Source: Candidatus Magasanikiibacteriota bacterium (GTDB lineage: Bacteria; Patescibacteriota; Patescibacteriia; Magasanikbacterales; UBA922). Taken from it: a DNA stretch of 64,000 nucleotides. How positions within the stretch are numbered: the first letter of the stretch is position 1; every line of letters begins with the position of its first letter. This document shows positions 40,133 through 48,587 of this stretch, one piece after another. Position numbers and translations under genes: made by a program. The notes below the pieces were generated by a model. That model was not told the origin of the DNA, made no database searches, and was given only the letters and a program-made list of their open reading frames with translations. The DNA lies in NCBI GenBank assembly GCA_018650085.1, contig JABIGQ010000038.1, forward strand, positions 4,388 through 68,387, read 5' to 3'.

Positions 40133-41764
40133 ATGATCAAAACAAGATTTGCACCATCACCAACAGGATTTTTACATGTAGGGAGTTTACGTACAGCACT
40201 TTATGCGTATTTGTATGCAAAAAAACACAATGGAAGCTTTATTTTGCGAGTAGAAGATACAGATAGAGCGAGACTAGTAGAAGGAAGTGTAGAAGCTATG
40301 GTTCGCTCACTTGCTTGGGGTGGAATTGATATTGATGAAGGTGTGAAATTTGATGATGCTGGAGATATTACACAAGTGGGGGAGAATGGGCCATATATTC
40401 AGTCAGAAAGGCTAGATATTTATAAAAAGTACATGGATGAACTCTTGGAAAAAGAACATGCATATCATTGTTTTTGTACAAGAGAGCGATTGGATGATTT
40501 GCGAAAAATGCAAGAGACAAATAAAATGCCTACAGGGTATGATGGACATTGCAGAGAAATGAGCAAAGAAGAAGTTCAAGTAAAGATTGATGCAGGGGAG
40601 AAATATGTTATTCGCCTAAAGATGCCAAAGGAAGGGGTAACGAGTTTTGATGATTTAGTTCGTGGAAAAGTTGAATTTAAAAATGAATTGGTGGATGATC
40701 AAGTACTTATGAAGTCAGATGGTTTCCCTACGTATCATTTTGCAGTAGTGGTGGATGATCACCTTATGGAAATTACGCATGTTATCCGTGGCGAGGAATG
40801 GATTTCTTCTACTCCTAAGCATATTATGCTTTATGAAATGTTTGGTTGGGATAAACCACAATTTGCACATCTTTCTCTTCTCGTAAATGAGAAAAAAGCA
40901 AAATTATCTAAACGTCATGGAGATGTAGCGGTAGAGGATTTCAAAGAAAAAGGATATTTGCCAGAAGCTCTTATAAATTTTATTTCTTTTCTTGGTTGGA
41001 ATCCCGGTGACGAGAGAGAGATATTTAGTTTGAAAGAATTAGAAAAAGAATTTGATTTTGATAAAGTTGCAAAGTCTGCGGCAGTGTTTAATCGTGAGAA
41101 ATTGGCTTGGTATAATAATGAATGGATGAGAAAGTTAGATAAAGATGAGCTTGCAAAAAAATATAGAGATTATCTTGTCAAACCACGAAAAGATATACAT
41201 ATTAATGAATTAACAGATGAAGAGAGTCAAGATCAATATGCTACAGAAGGAAACTCAATATATTATACTTGGTCTGATAAAGAAAATGCTTTACAAGTTA
41301 CTGAAAGTATAGAATCTGAAAATAATAGAAAAATAACAGAAAGTAAATATATAAATTTAGATAAACTTAAAAAGATTTTAGAAATGGGAATGGATAGGGA
41401 TACTTATTTTATGGCTATTGAAATGAATAGTAGATATTTATTTACTACTCAATTAAAATATGAGCCAGAGCTTCTGGTGTGGAAAAAAAGTACTCGGGAA
41501 GGTTCAAAGGAAAAATTAGAATTATTACATGCATTTTTGTCAAATATTTCTGAGGATGATTGGAATGAAAAGTATTTGGAAGAAAATCTCATCGCTTGGA
41601 TAAAGGAAAATGAATATGGTGTGGGAGATGTGCTTTGGCCAATGCGGACTGCTTTGTCTGGACGGAAGAATTCTCCGGGGCCGTTTGAGATTGCGGGGGT
41701 GCTTGGGAAGGGTGTTGTGCTTGAGAGGGTGTTGAGGGGGAGTGATAACATTAAAATAATTTGA
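40133..41764 (+). CDS. gltX: Glutamate--tRNA ligase
   Basis: TRFAPSPTGFLHVGS, RVEDTD, THVIRGEEW, KLSKRHGD and WPMRTALSG motifs. Confidence 0.96.
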   Translation: MIKTRFAPSPTGFLHVGSLRTALYAYLYAKKHNGSFILRVEDTDRARLVEGSVEAMVRSLAWGGIDIDEGVKFDDAGDITQVGENGPYIQSERLDIYKKYMDELLEKEHAYHCFCTRERLDDLRKMQETNKMPTGYDGHCREMSKEEVQVKIDAGEKYVIRLKMPKEGVTSFDDLVRGKVEFKNELVDDQVLMKSDGFPTYHFAVVVDDHLMEITHVIRGEEWISSTPKHIMLYEMFGWDKPQFAHLSLLVNEKKAKLSKRHGDVAVEDFKEKGYLPEALINFISFLGWNPGDEREIFSLKELEKEFDFDKVAKSAAVFNREKLAWYNNEWMRKLDKDELAKKYRDYLVKPRKDIHINELTDEESQDQYATEGNSIYYTWSDKENALQVTESIESENNRKITESKYINLDKLKKILEMGMDRDTYFMAIEMNSRYLFTTQLKYEPELLVWKKSTREGSKEKLELLHAFLSNISEDDWNEKYLEENLIAWIKENEYGVGDVLWPMRTALSGRKNSPGPFEIAGVLGKGVVLERVLRGSDNIKII

Positions 41765-41765
41765 T

Positions 41766-42080
41766 ATGAAATTTATAAAAAGTATTTTAGGATATTTTAT
41801 TGAAATTATACTAGCTATAATAATTTTATATGTCATTAAAGACATTAATTTATTTTTATTATATGCTTTTATCATTTATTTAATTAGTTCAGAAAAAAGA
41901 ATTGATTATATTAGAAAGTTAATTCGTGTATATCAGGTGGGAAATGAAGTAAAATTATTATCTATTATAAAAAAGTTAAAAATAACAGATGAAGAAATAG
42001 AAAATATTTTTGAAAATACTGTAACTGAAGAAGAAAAAAATAATTTAGATAAGGAGTTTAATGATTTGAAAAAGGAATAA
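41766..42080 (+). CDS. Hypothetical membrane protein
   Basis: Very AT-rich 104-aa ORF with N-terminal TM segments. Confidence 0.6.
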   Translation: MKFIKSILGYFIEIILAIIILYVIKDINLFLLYAFIIYLISSEKRIDYIRKLIRVYQVGNEVKLLSIIKKLKITDEEIENIFENTVTEEEKNNLDKEFNDLKKE

Positions 42081-42096
42081 GATTTTTTTGGTTATT

Positions 42097-42123
42097 GTAG
42101 AGACGCAGCAATGCTGCGTCTAC
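42097..42123. repeat. GTAG-family REP upstream of the RAYT gene
   Basis: GTAGAGACGCAGCAATGCTGCGTCTAC; a second copy lies inside the transposase at 42587-42613. Confidence 0.85.
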
Positions 42124-42191
42124 ATCAACAAACAATTCTATGTATAAACAAATAATATCATCTTTATCTAACCCATAAATCACAAAACCCC

Positions 42192-42866
42192 ATGCAACCC
42201 ACCACCCAAAACTTCCTATATAAAAACAAATACAAAACAAACACAATTCGCCTAAAAAATTGGGATTATTCAAAAGACGCATTTTATTTTATAACCATAT
42301 GTACAAAAAATAAACAAAATTTATTTGGAAAAATTGAAAATGATGAAATGGTTTTAAATTCATTTGGGGAAATAATAAAAAAATATTGGTTTGAAATCCC
42401 AAAACATTTTGAAAACGTACGATTGGATGAATTTATTGTCATGCCAAATCATGTACATGGAATTTTGATAATTGATGATGGAAATGGTGGTGGAAATGGT
42501 GGTGGAAATGGTGGTGGAAATGGTGGTGGAAATGGTGGTGGAAATGGTGGTGGAAATGGTGGTGGAACAAAGAACAATGCAAAGATGGAGACGCAGCAGT
42601 GCTGCGTCTCTACAAACAAAATAGACGAAAAGATTCAAAAATCAAATACATTTTATAAATTGAAATCTGGTTCATTACCTGTTATAATTCGTTCATATAA
42701 ATCAATTTGTACAAAAACAATAAATAAATTTCAAGATAATATTCGTTTTGCCTGGCAACCAAGATTTTATGAAAGAATCATTAGAAATCAAAAAGAATTT
42801 TTTAATATAAAATATTATATAATTAATAATCCCGCTAATTGGAGGGATGATAAAAATTTTAAATAA
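42192..42866 (+). mobile_element. REP-associated tyrosine transposase (RAYT, IS200-like HUH)
   Basis: RLKNWDYS..FYFITICT, MPNHVHGI (HUH) and WQPRFYERIIR...YIINNP (catalytic Tyr region); cognate REPs present. Confidence 0.92.
42480..42563 (+). repeat. Perfect tandem repeat (GGAAATGGTGGT)x7 encoding (GNGG)x7
   Basis: Read directly from the sequence; in frame within the RAYT gene. Confidence 0.95.
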
Positions 42867-42874
42867 AAAACAAT

Positions 42875-43567
42875 ATGAAACTCAAACAAATAAAATCGAC
42901 ATACTTCAAAGAAAACCAAAAGTATGATTTTCTTTTTCCTATTGGTTCTACTGAACAACATGGAGCATTTATTCCATTTGGGACAGATACATATATTACA
43001 GATTATTTAGTTGATAAAATTTCTAAAGAATTTCCAGAATTAATTGTTTTACCAACTTTAGAAGTTTCAAGATCAGAAGAACATAGAGGTTTTTATGGTA
43101 GTCTTTGGATAACAGAAGAAACATTAAAAGCTGTAATGTTTGATATTTGTAATTCACTTAAAGATAGGGCAAGAAATATCTTTATTACATCTTTTCATGC
43201 CAATGGTTCATATATTGAAAGTTTTATTAAAGAAAATAATTTTGATGGTGTAAATATTGTTCATCTTGAAATAGAACATGAAGAAGATGATAAGGTAATA
43301 GAGCAAATTCTTGGAGGAGAAATGGATAATCATGCTGGAAATTCAGAAATATCAAATATGCTCGTAATTGATGAAAAATTAGTAAAAGTTCCTTCCGAGA
43401 ACGAGCCTAAAACACAAGTAGACAATCCTTTTGAAACAGATAAATTGATAGAGAAGTGTCCAAACGGAATAGCAGATAATCATCCAAAATGGATAGTAGA
43501 TAAAGAAATTGGGAAGAAAATTCTTGATATTTATGTTGCTAGGATGATTGAGAATTTGAATATATGA
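42875..43567 (+). CDS. Creatininase-family amidohydrolase
   Basis: PIGSTEQHG, GTD, SEEH and HAGNSEIS motifs. Confidence 0.88.
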   Translation: MKLKQIKSTYFKENQKYDFLFPIGSTEQHGAFIPFGTDTYITDYLVDKISKEFPELIVLPTLEVSRSEEHRGFYGSLWITEETLKAVMFDICNSLKDRARNIFITSFHANGSYIESFIKENNFDGVNIVHLEIEHEEDDKVIEQILGGEMDNHAGNSEISNMLVIDEKLVKVPSENEPKTQVDNPFETDKLIEKCPNGIADNHPKWIVDKEIGKKILDIYVARMIENLNI

Positions 43568-43860
43568 CAAACCTACAAAAAATCCAAAAACAAATATACC
43601 AAAATAAAATAGATAAAGGATTTAATATAACAGATATTCCTTTACAATTTTGTCTTACACAAGGGGAACTTGCAGAGGCTTTTGAAGCATATAGAAAAAA
43701 ACTTCCAAGTGTAGGTGAAGAATTGTCAGATGTTGCAATATATTTGTTTGGATTAGCTGAAATTCTAGGAGTAGATTTGGAGGAAGAGATTTTGAAGAAG
43801 ATGGAAAAGAATTCGAAGAGAGTATATGAAAAGGTGGATGGGGTATTGAAAAGAGTATAA
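43564..43860 (+). CDS. MazG-like nucleotide pyrophosphohydrolase
   Basis: GELAEAFEA...GEELSDVAIYL motif. Confidence 0.85.
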   Translation: MTNLQKIQKQIYQNKIDKGFNITDIPLQFCLTQGELAEAFEAYRKKLPSVGEELSDVAIYLFGLAEILGVDLEEEILKKMEKNSKRVYEKVDGVLKRV

Positions 43861-43906
43861 TAATTAAAAAACTGTTACCAGTGGTTGCATAAATAAACAA
43901 AAACAT

Positions 43907-44923
43907 ATGACAAAAACCCTTCAACAATTTTCAAATTTCGTTATATTCAAAACATCTACAGGGAAAATAAATATAGATGTATTTTTTCAGGATGACACAC
44001 TTTGGCTCACACAAAAGAAGATTGCAGAGCTTTTTGAAACCACAACTCAAAATATAACATTGCATTTGAAAAATATATTTCAAGAAGGAGAACTTATTAA
44101 AGATTTAACTTGTAAGGAATTCTTACAAGTTCAAAAAGAAGGTAATAGAGAAGTAAAAAGAAAATATAAATACTATAACCTAAAAGCAATCACAGCTGTA
44201 GGATATCGTGTAAATTCTACTCGAGCAACAGAATTTAGAAAATGGGCAAGTGAGATTTTAAATGAGTATATTGTAAAAGGATATGCCATGGATGATGAAC
44301 GCCTTAAAAATATAGAAAATTTTGGTATTGATTATTTTGACGCCATGCTTGAGAGGATTCGAGAAATTCGCATGAGTGAACGGCGTTTGTATCAAAAAAT
44401 TACCGATATTTATGCTCTTTCAGCAGATTATAGTACACAATCAGATATTACAAAACATTTTTTTGCTACTGTACAAAATAAATTGCATTGGGCTATTACA
44501 GGAAAAACAGCAGCAGAAATTATTTATAATGAAGTTGATGCAAAAAAGATTTATATGGGTTTAAAGACATGGAAGAACGCTCCAGATGGTAAAATTTTGA
44601 AAAGTGATGTAACTATTGCAAAAAATTATTTGAATGAAAAACATATTGACGCACTTAATCGTATTGTAAATAGTTATCTTGATATTGCAGAAAATAAAGC
44701 TCGAAATGGTAAGGTTATGAATATGACAGATTGGGATATTTATTTAGAACAATTTTTGGAACTTTCTAATTATCCACTTTTGAAAGATGCTGGAAAAATA
44801 TCTATGTTTGAAGCAAAGTTAAAAGCAGAGTCAGAATATGACGTTTTTCGTGTTGAACAAGACAAAAATTACATTTCAGATTTTGACAAAGAAGTACAAA
44901 AGATGCTTGATGTAAAAGAATAA
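43907..44923 (+). CDS. RhuM-family (virulence-associated) DNA-binding protein
   Basis: WLTQKKIAELF, YNLKAITAVGYRVNS.RATEFRKWA, IREIRMSER and VQNKLHWAITGKTAAE motifs. Confidence 0.92.
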   Translation: MTKTLQQFSNFVIFKTSTGKINIDVFFQDDTLWLTQKKIAELFETTTQNITLHLKNIFQEGELIKDLTCKEFLQVQKEGNREVKRKYKYYNLKAITAVGYRVNSTRATEFRKWASEILNEYIVKGYAMDDERLKNIENFGIDYFDAMLERIREIRMSERRLYQKITDIYALSADYSTQSDITKHFFATVQNKLHWAITGKTAAEIIYNEVDAKKIYMGLKTWKNAPDGKILKSDVTIAKNYLNEKHIDALNRIVNSYLDIAENKARNGKVMNMTDWDIYLEQFLELSNYPLLKDAGKISMFEAKLKAESEYDVFRVEQDKNYISDFDKEVQKMLDVKE

Positions 44924-44944
44924 TATATTAATAGAATAAACCAT

Positions 44945-45490
44945 ATGAAAAAAACATTCACCACAACTCTCTTAATAGCACTTTGTTTTATTACAATAGG
45001 ATGTACAAAAACTGATGTAAAAAATAATACAGAACAAGAAGAAACCGATACAATAGAGATTATCGATGAGGTGGAAGATATGGATGTGAAAGAAACTGAA
45101 ATAAATATAGAAAAAGTAGTATATGATTGGGAAGGAGATTTAGAAGATGTAACAAAAGGAAAAACAATACTTGGAGTAAACACGGAAGGAACCTCATCTG
45201 GATTTGCTCAAGCAGTATTTAATAATACATATACATTGCAAGCGGTATTTGAAGGATTACCAGATCCAGAAGGAACAGATTTTTATGAAGGATGGATTGT
45301 GCGGAGAGAAGGGAGTTTTAATGTTATTAGTACAGGAAAAGCAAGCAAAATTGATGGGGTGTATAAAAATGTCTATGAATCTGAGAAAGATCTAAGCGAT
45401 CATACATTTTATGTGCTTACTATTGAACCAGATGATGGAGATCCCGCACCTGCAGAGCATATATTAGAAGGAGTATTGATGAGAAATTAA
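44945..45490 (+). CDS. Predicted lipoprotein with anti-sigma-K (RskA)-like C-terminal domain
   Basis: Lipobox ITIGC; LPDP..DFYEGW...VLTIEPDDGDPAPAEHILEG. Confidence 0.65.
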   Translation: MKKTFTTTLLIALCFITIGCTKTDVKNNTEQEETDTIEIIDEVEDMDVKETEINIEKVVYDWEGDLEDVTKGKTILGVNTEGTSSGFAQAVFNNTYTLQAVFEGLPDPEGTDFYEGWIVRREGSFNVISTGKASKIDGVYKNVYESEKDLSDHTFYVLTIEPDDGDPAPAEHILEGVLMRN

Positions 45491-45503
45491 TTTGTTTAAA
45501 AAT

Positions 45504-46160
45504 ATGTCACAAAAAAACACACAAGAATACTGGGACACTGTGTATAAAAAAGTAGACACCGTACTTGGGCCAACATTATTTGTAAAAAAAGTGAGTACAT
45601 ATTTCAGTCCACCAAAACATATTTTGGATGTGTGTTGTGGAGATGGAAAAGATTCTCTTTATTTTGCTACACTTGGATATACTGTTACTGCGACAGACAT
45701 TTCTGCTGTGGCACTTTTTGATAATTTACAAAAAAACAATTTAGATATAGAACGTATACAAAGTGATGTTCGTGAACTTGTTCTTGATGCAAATATATAT
45801 GATGTTGTATACTCTTGTTTAGGATTACATTATTTTTCATGGGAGGAAACAAAAAAGATTTTTGCAAACCTTGTACAATCGCTTAAACTAGATGGATATA
45901 TTTGTGTCAGAGTCAAATCTATATATGATGCTGATTATGGAAAAGGAGAAAAACAAGAGGGTAATTTGTTTATTTCAAACAGAAAACAAAGATATTTTTT
46001 TTCTAAAGAAGAAATGGAGAAGTTATTTTTTGAAAATAATATAGAAATAATATGTTCGGAATATGTAGAAGATGTCTTGAAACGATTTGATAAAACAGAA
46101 TATACTGCAAATTTTGTAGATATTATAGGAAAAAAATTAATGAATAATACATTATATTAA
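45504..46160 (+). CDS. Class I SAM-dependent methyltransferase
   Basis: ILDVCCGDGKD, ATDIS and YDVVYSCLGLHYF motifs. Confidence 0.9.
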   Translation: MSQKNTQEYWDTVYKKVDTVLGPTLFVKKVSTYFSPPKHILDVCCGDGKDSLYFATLGYTVTATDISAVALFDNLQKNNLDIERIQSDVRELVLDANIYDVVYSCLGLHYFSWEETKKIFANLVQSLKLDGYICVRVKSIYDADYGKGEKQEGNLFISNRKQRYFFSKEEMEKLFFENNIEIICSEYVEDVLKRFDKTEYTANFVDIIGKKLMNNTLY

Positions 46161-46173
46161 TATAAAAGAACAT

Positions 46174-46746
46174 ATGAAAAAAACACTTACAACAACTCTT
46201 CTCATCGCACTTTGTTTCATTACCATAGGATGTACAAAAACAGATGTAGAAAATGACTTAGAAAAAGAACGAGGAAATCAAGAACTTTTGACCCAAGAAG
46301 AATTTGATGCGCTTCGAGCAGATGGAGATATTGAATTTGAAGAAGATTATATTCGAGAACTTGATGATGCAACAGAAGAAAGACGTGTAAATGATGCTTT
46401 AGAACTTATTGATGATATAGAAGGATCAAAAGCAGATAAACTTGCTGGAAAAGGCGCTGTAGGAAGTTGTGAGGCTATTGCAGAAAGTTCAACATGTGTT
46501 GAATATCATGGTTCATTTTGGACAAAAGAATCAGCACGATTGAATTGTAGCGATACAGGCAAGTTTTCTACAGAATCATGTCCTACTGATCATGCAGGTG
46601 GATGTAATACTGGTGTGGGAACTATGGCAGATATGGTTTCTTGGATGTATCTTCGTGGTGATGGAGGCATAACAGCAGAATCACTGAAATATGCAAAAAT
46701 GGTTTGTGATGCAACTATGGCGTCACAGTGGATTGTGAGTAAATAA
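46174..46746 (+). CDS. Predicted Cys-rich lipoprotein
   Basis: Lipobox ITIGC, acidic linker and a six-Cys C-terminal domain. Confidence 0.7.
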   Translation: MKKTLTTTLLIALCFITIGCTKTDVENDLEKERGNQELLTQEEFDALRADGDIEFEEDYIRELDDATEERRVNDALELIDDIEGSKADKLAGKGAVGSCEAIAESSTCVEYHGSFWTKESARLNCSDTGKFSTESCPTDHAGGCNTGVGTMADMVSWMYLRGDGGITAESLKYAKMVCDATMASQWIVSK

Positions 46747-46786
46747 AAAAAAGCACGGTATTTGTAGATGCTTTTTTTATCCTCTG

Positions 46787-47032
46787 TTATCCTCGAATTG
46801 TTATAATTTTTATAGAGTCAATATCTGTAAAACGGATAAATCCGTCTATGTCTTCTATTTGGAAGCCATCATCCCTTAGGAATGATATATCATCCAGATT
46901 ATTTAACAGGTATGGATGTTTTATCCCTTCTCCATTTTCGTGGAGTGTGATTTTAAGTTGTTCTGCGCCGTATCGTAGCTCTTCTAAAAGAGCTTTGAGT
47001 CTACTAAGAGTAATCTTTCTTTTTCTTGCCAT
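46787..47032 (-). CDS. Orphan hypothetical protein
   Basis: AAGGAG SD; TTGAAT-17-TATGAT promoter (47113-47085); shares a terminator at ~46745-46778. Confidence 0.6.
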   Translation of the reverse strand: MARKRKITLSRLKALLEELRYGAEQLKITLHENGEGIKHPYLLNNLDDISFLRDDGFQIEDIDGFIRFTDIDSIKIITIRG

Positions 47033-47127
47033 GAGTGTTCTCCTTGAGTTGTGCTGTAGTTCAAATACCGTGCATTGCTAAAAGATCATAGCATAGATAT
47101 TTAATTTATTCAATTATATAGATTATA

Positions 47128-47156
47128 TTGACGAAATGACAGTATACTAGTATAAT
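47128..47156 (+). promoter_or_regulatory. Sigma70 promoter of tRNA-Thr
   Basis: TTGACG-17-TATAAT. Confidence 0.75.
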
Positions 47157-47253
47157 ATTGTCTATAAGATTATACGCCATCATAGCTTCCTACCATATAC
47201 TCACTATCGTTCGTATTGGGCGGACAAGCTGTATGTGCTAAAATAATTTACAC

Positions 47254-47326
47254 GCCATCATAGCTCAGTTGGTAGAGCGCAGCCATGGTAAGGCTGAGGT
47301 CTCCAGTTCAATCCTGGATGATGGCT
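47254..47326 (+). tRNA. tRNA-Thr(GGT)
   Basis: GCCATCATAGCTCAGTTGGTAGAGCGCAGCCATGGTAAGGCTGAGGTCTCCAGTTCAATCCTGGATGATGGCT cloverleaf with anticodon GGT; terminator at ~47334-47363. Confidence 0.95.
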
Positions 47327-47518
47327 CATTAGTAAAAAACAGTTTCAGAAGAGCTGTTTTTTTATTATCATAGACATACCATACTTGACAAAAATCTTAT
47401 TTTGTTCTAGGCTGATTTACTCATTAACCTAAGTAGACCAAGTCGAGCCTATATCATATAGGTGGTTTACACCTCTCTGGCAGGGAGGTAATTCGAAGAG
47501 CCTGGGAGGGCTTATATC

Positions 47519-48367
47519 ATGGCAGAACTGATACTTAGTGCTAAAGAGAGGACATTGCTTACAGCAATGCAGGACATGGGTGGGTATGCATCAACTTTGG
47601 ATTTGAAAGGAATCCTTGGTATAGAAAGTTCTTCAAATATAGATGCAGTCAGAAGAATAAAGGCAGTCATAGAAAGGATTGGGGAAGCATGTGAGGATGT
47701 GGGAATGGAGAACCCACTTCACGCTTGTTGGTTTCAGGAAGAAGGGGAACGCCATAGGGGGTATAGACTGGCAACTCCTTTGGATAAATTGCTCGTTGCA
47801 GGAGTACTTCCTAGACCATCACAGCGATTCATCAGGGAGCTTCAACGGCGTCAAGCTGTTGGAATCCACTGGGTCATGAAGACCTTTGGGTTTAGCAGAA
47901 AGATAGCTGTTGGTTCAGTCATTGAGCCCATAGTCAGGATTGCTGGTGAACTTGGAATCACACCTTTTGACATAGGTGTGCTGAAGGTGGATGGGGATCC
48001 GCACTGTAGAGTGTGGTTTTTGCACGGTTCCGAAAATCCAGATCCAAAGTGGATCCAGGGTCCTAAGTACTCTCCTCGTCACCCAAAAAAGAAAAAGCCA
48101 TCTCGTCCTCGGAGTACTTCGCAACCTGTAGTGATACGCCGACCAAGCAGGCAGCGTACCAAAGGTAGTGAGTTGAGAGGAAGGATCTTTGATGCGCTTA
48201 AGAGTAGCGGCACTCTTACCATCTTGGAGATTTTTGATCTAACTGGATTAGATGGAAATGAAGTTGTTGGACTACTCAAGCAAGCTAAACCTCCAGAGAG
48301 CGGCGATTTTCGCTGGGCTACTGGTCCTATGGGGCATGAGTACTTACGCTGGATTGGGCCTAGGTAA
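47519..48367 (+). CDS. Orphan protein with possible tandem winged-HTH domains
   Basis: LSAKERTLL...GYRL (OmpR-like wing) and RIFDALKSSGTLTILEI; higher GC; GGGAGG SD; TTGACA-17-TAGGCT promoter at 47385-47413. Confidence 0.55.
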   Translation: MAELILSAKERTLLTAMQDMGGYASTLDLKGILGIESSSNIDAVRRIKAVIERIGEACEDVGMENPLHACWFQEEGERHRGYRLATPLDKLLVAGVLPRPSQRFIRELQRRQAVGIHWVMKTFGFSRKIAVGSVIEPIVRIAGELGITPFDIGVLKVDGDPHCRVWFLHGSENPDPKWIQGPKYSPRHPKKKKPSRPRSTSQPVVIRRPSRQRTKGSELRGRIFDALKSSGTLTILEIFDLTGLDGNEVVGLLKQAKPPESGDFRWATGPMGHEYLRWIGPR

Positions 48368-48500
48368 GTAAAAAATTATTTTGTTTTAGTATAGGAGATT
48401 TTAATGGTCCAATACGCTATAGCGTATGGAACATTACGAAAGTGACTTTCAGCGGTTTTTCATTAGGAGATCCCGCTGTATTTTTTTTTGGAAATTATTC

Positions 48501-48529
48501 TTGACAAAACAGGTATATTCGTGTATAAT
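48501..48529 (+). promoter_or_regulatory. Consensus sigma70 promoter of typA
   Basis: TTGACA-17-TATAAT. Confidence 0.8.
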
Positions 48530-48587
48530 ACTGCATCGAACACTCTCTCAAGTGGGGGAGCGTTTTTTATTTAAATCAATCTCTTGT

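Noticed and set aside
47327-48480. Prophage or island integrated at the tRNA-Thr 3' end
   Set aside because: No integrase and no duplicated tRNA 3' end were found; only a single orphan gene follows.
48426-48587. N-terminal extensions from the ORF track (typA; likewise dnaE 10464, helicase 19924, uvrC 51387)
   Set aside because: They overlap promoters or upstream genes and precede the conserved family start.
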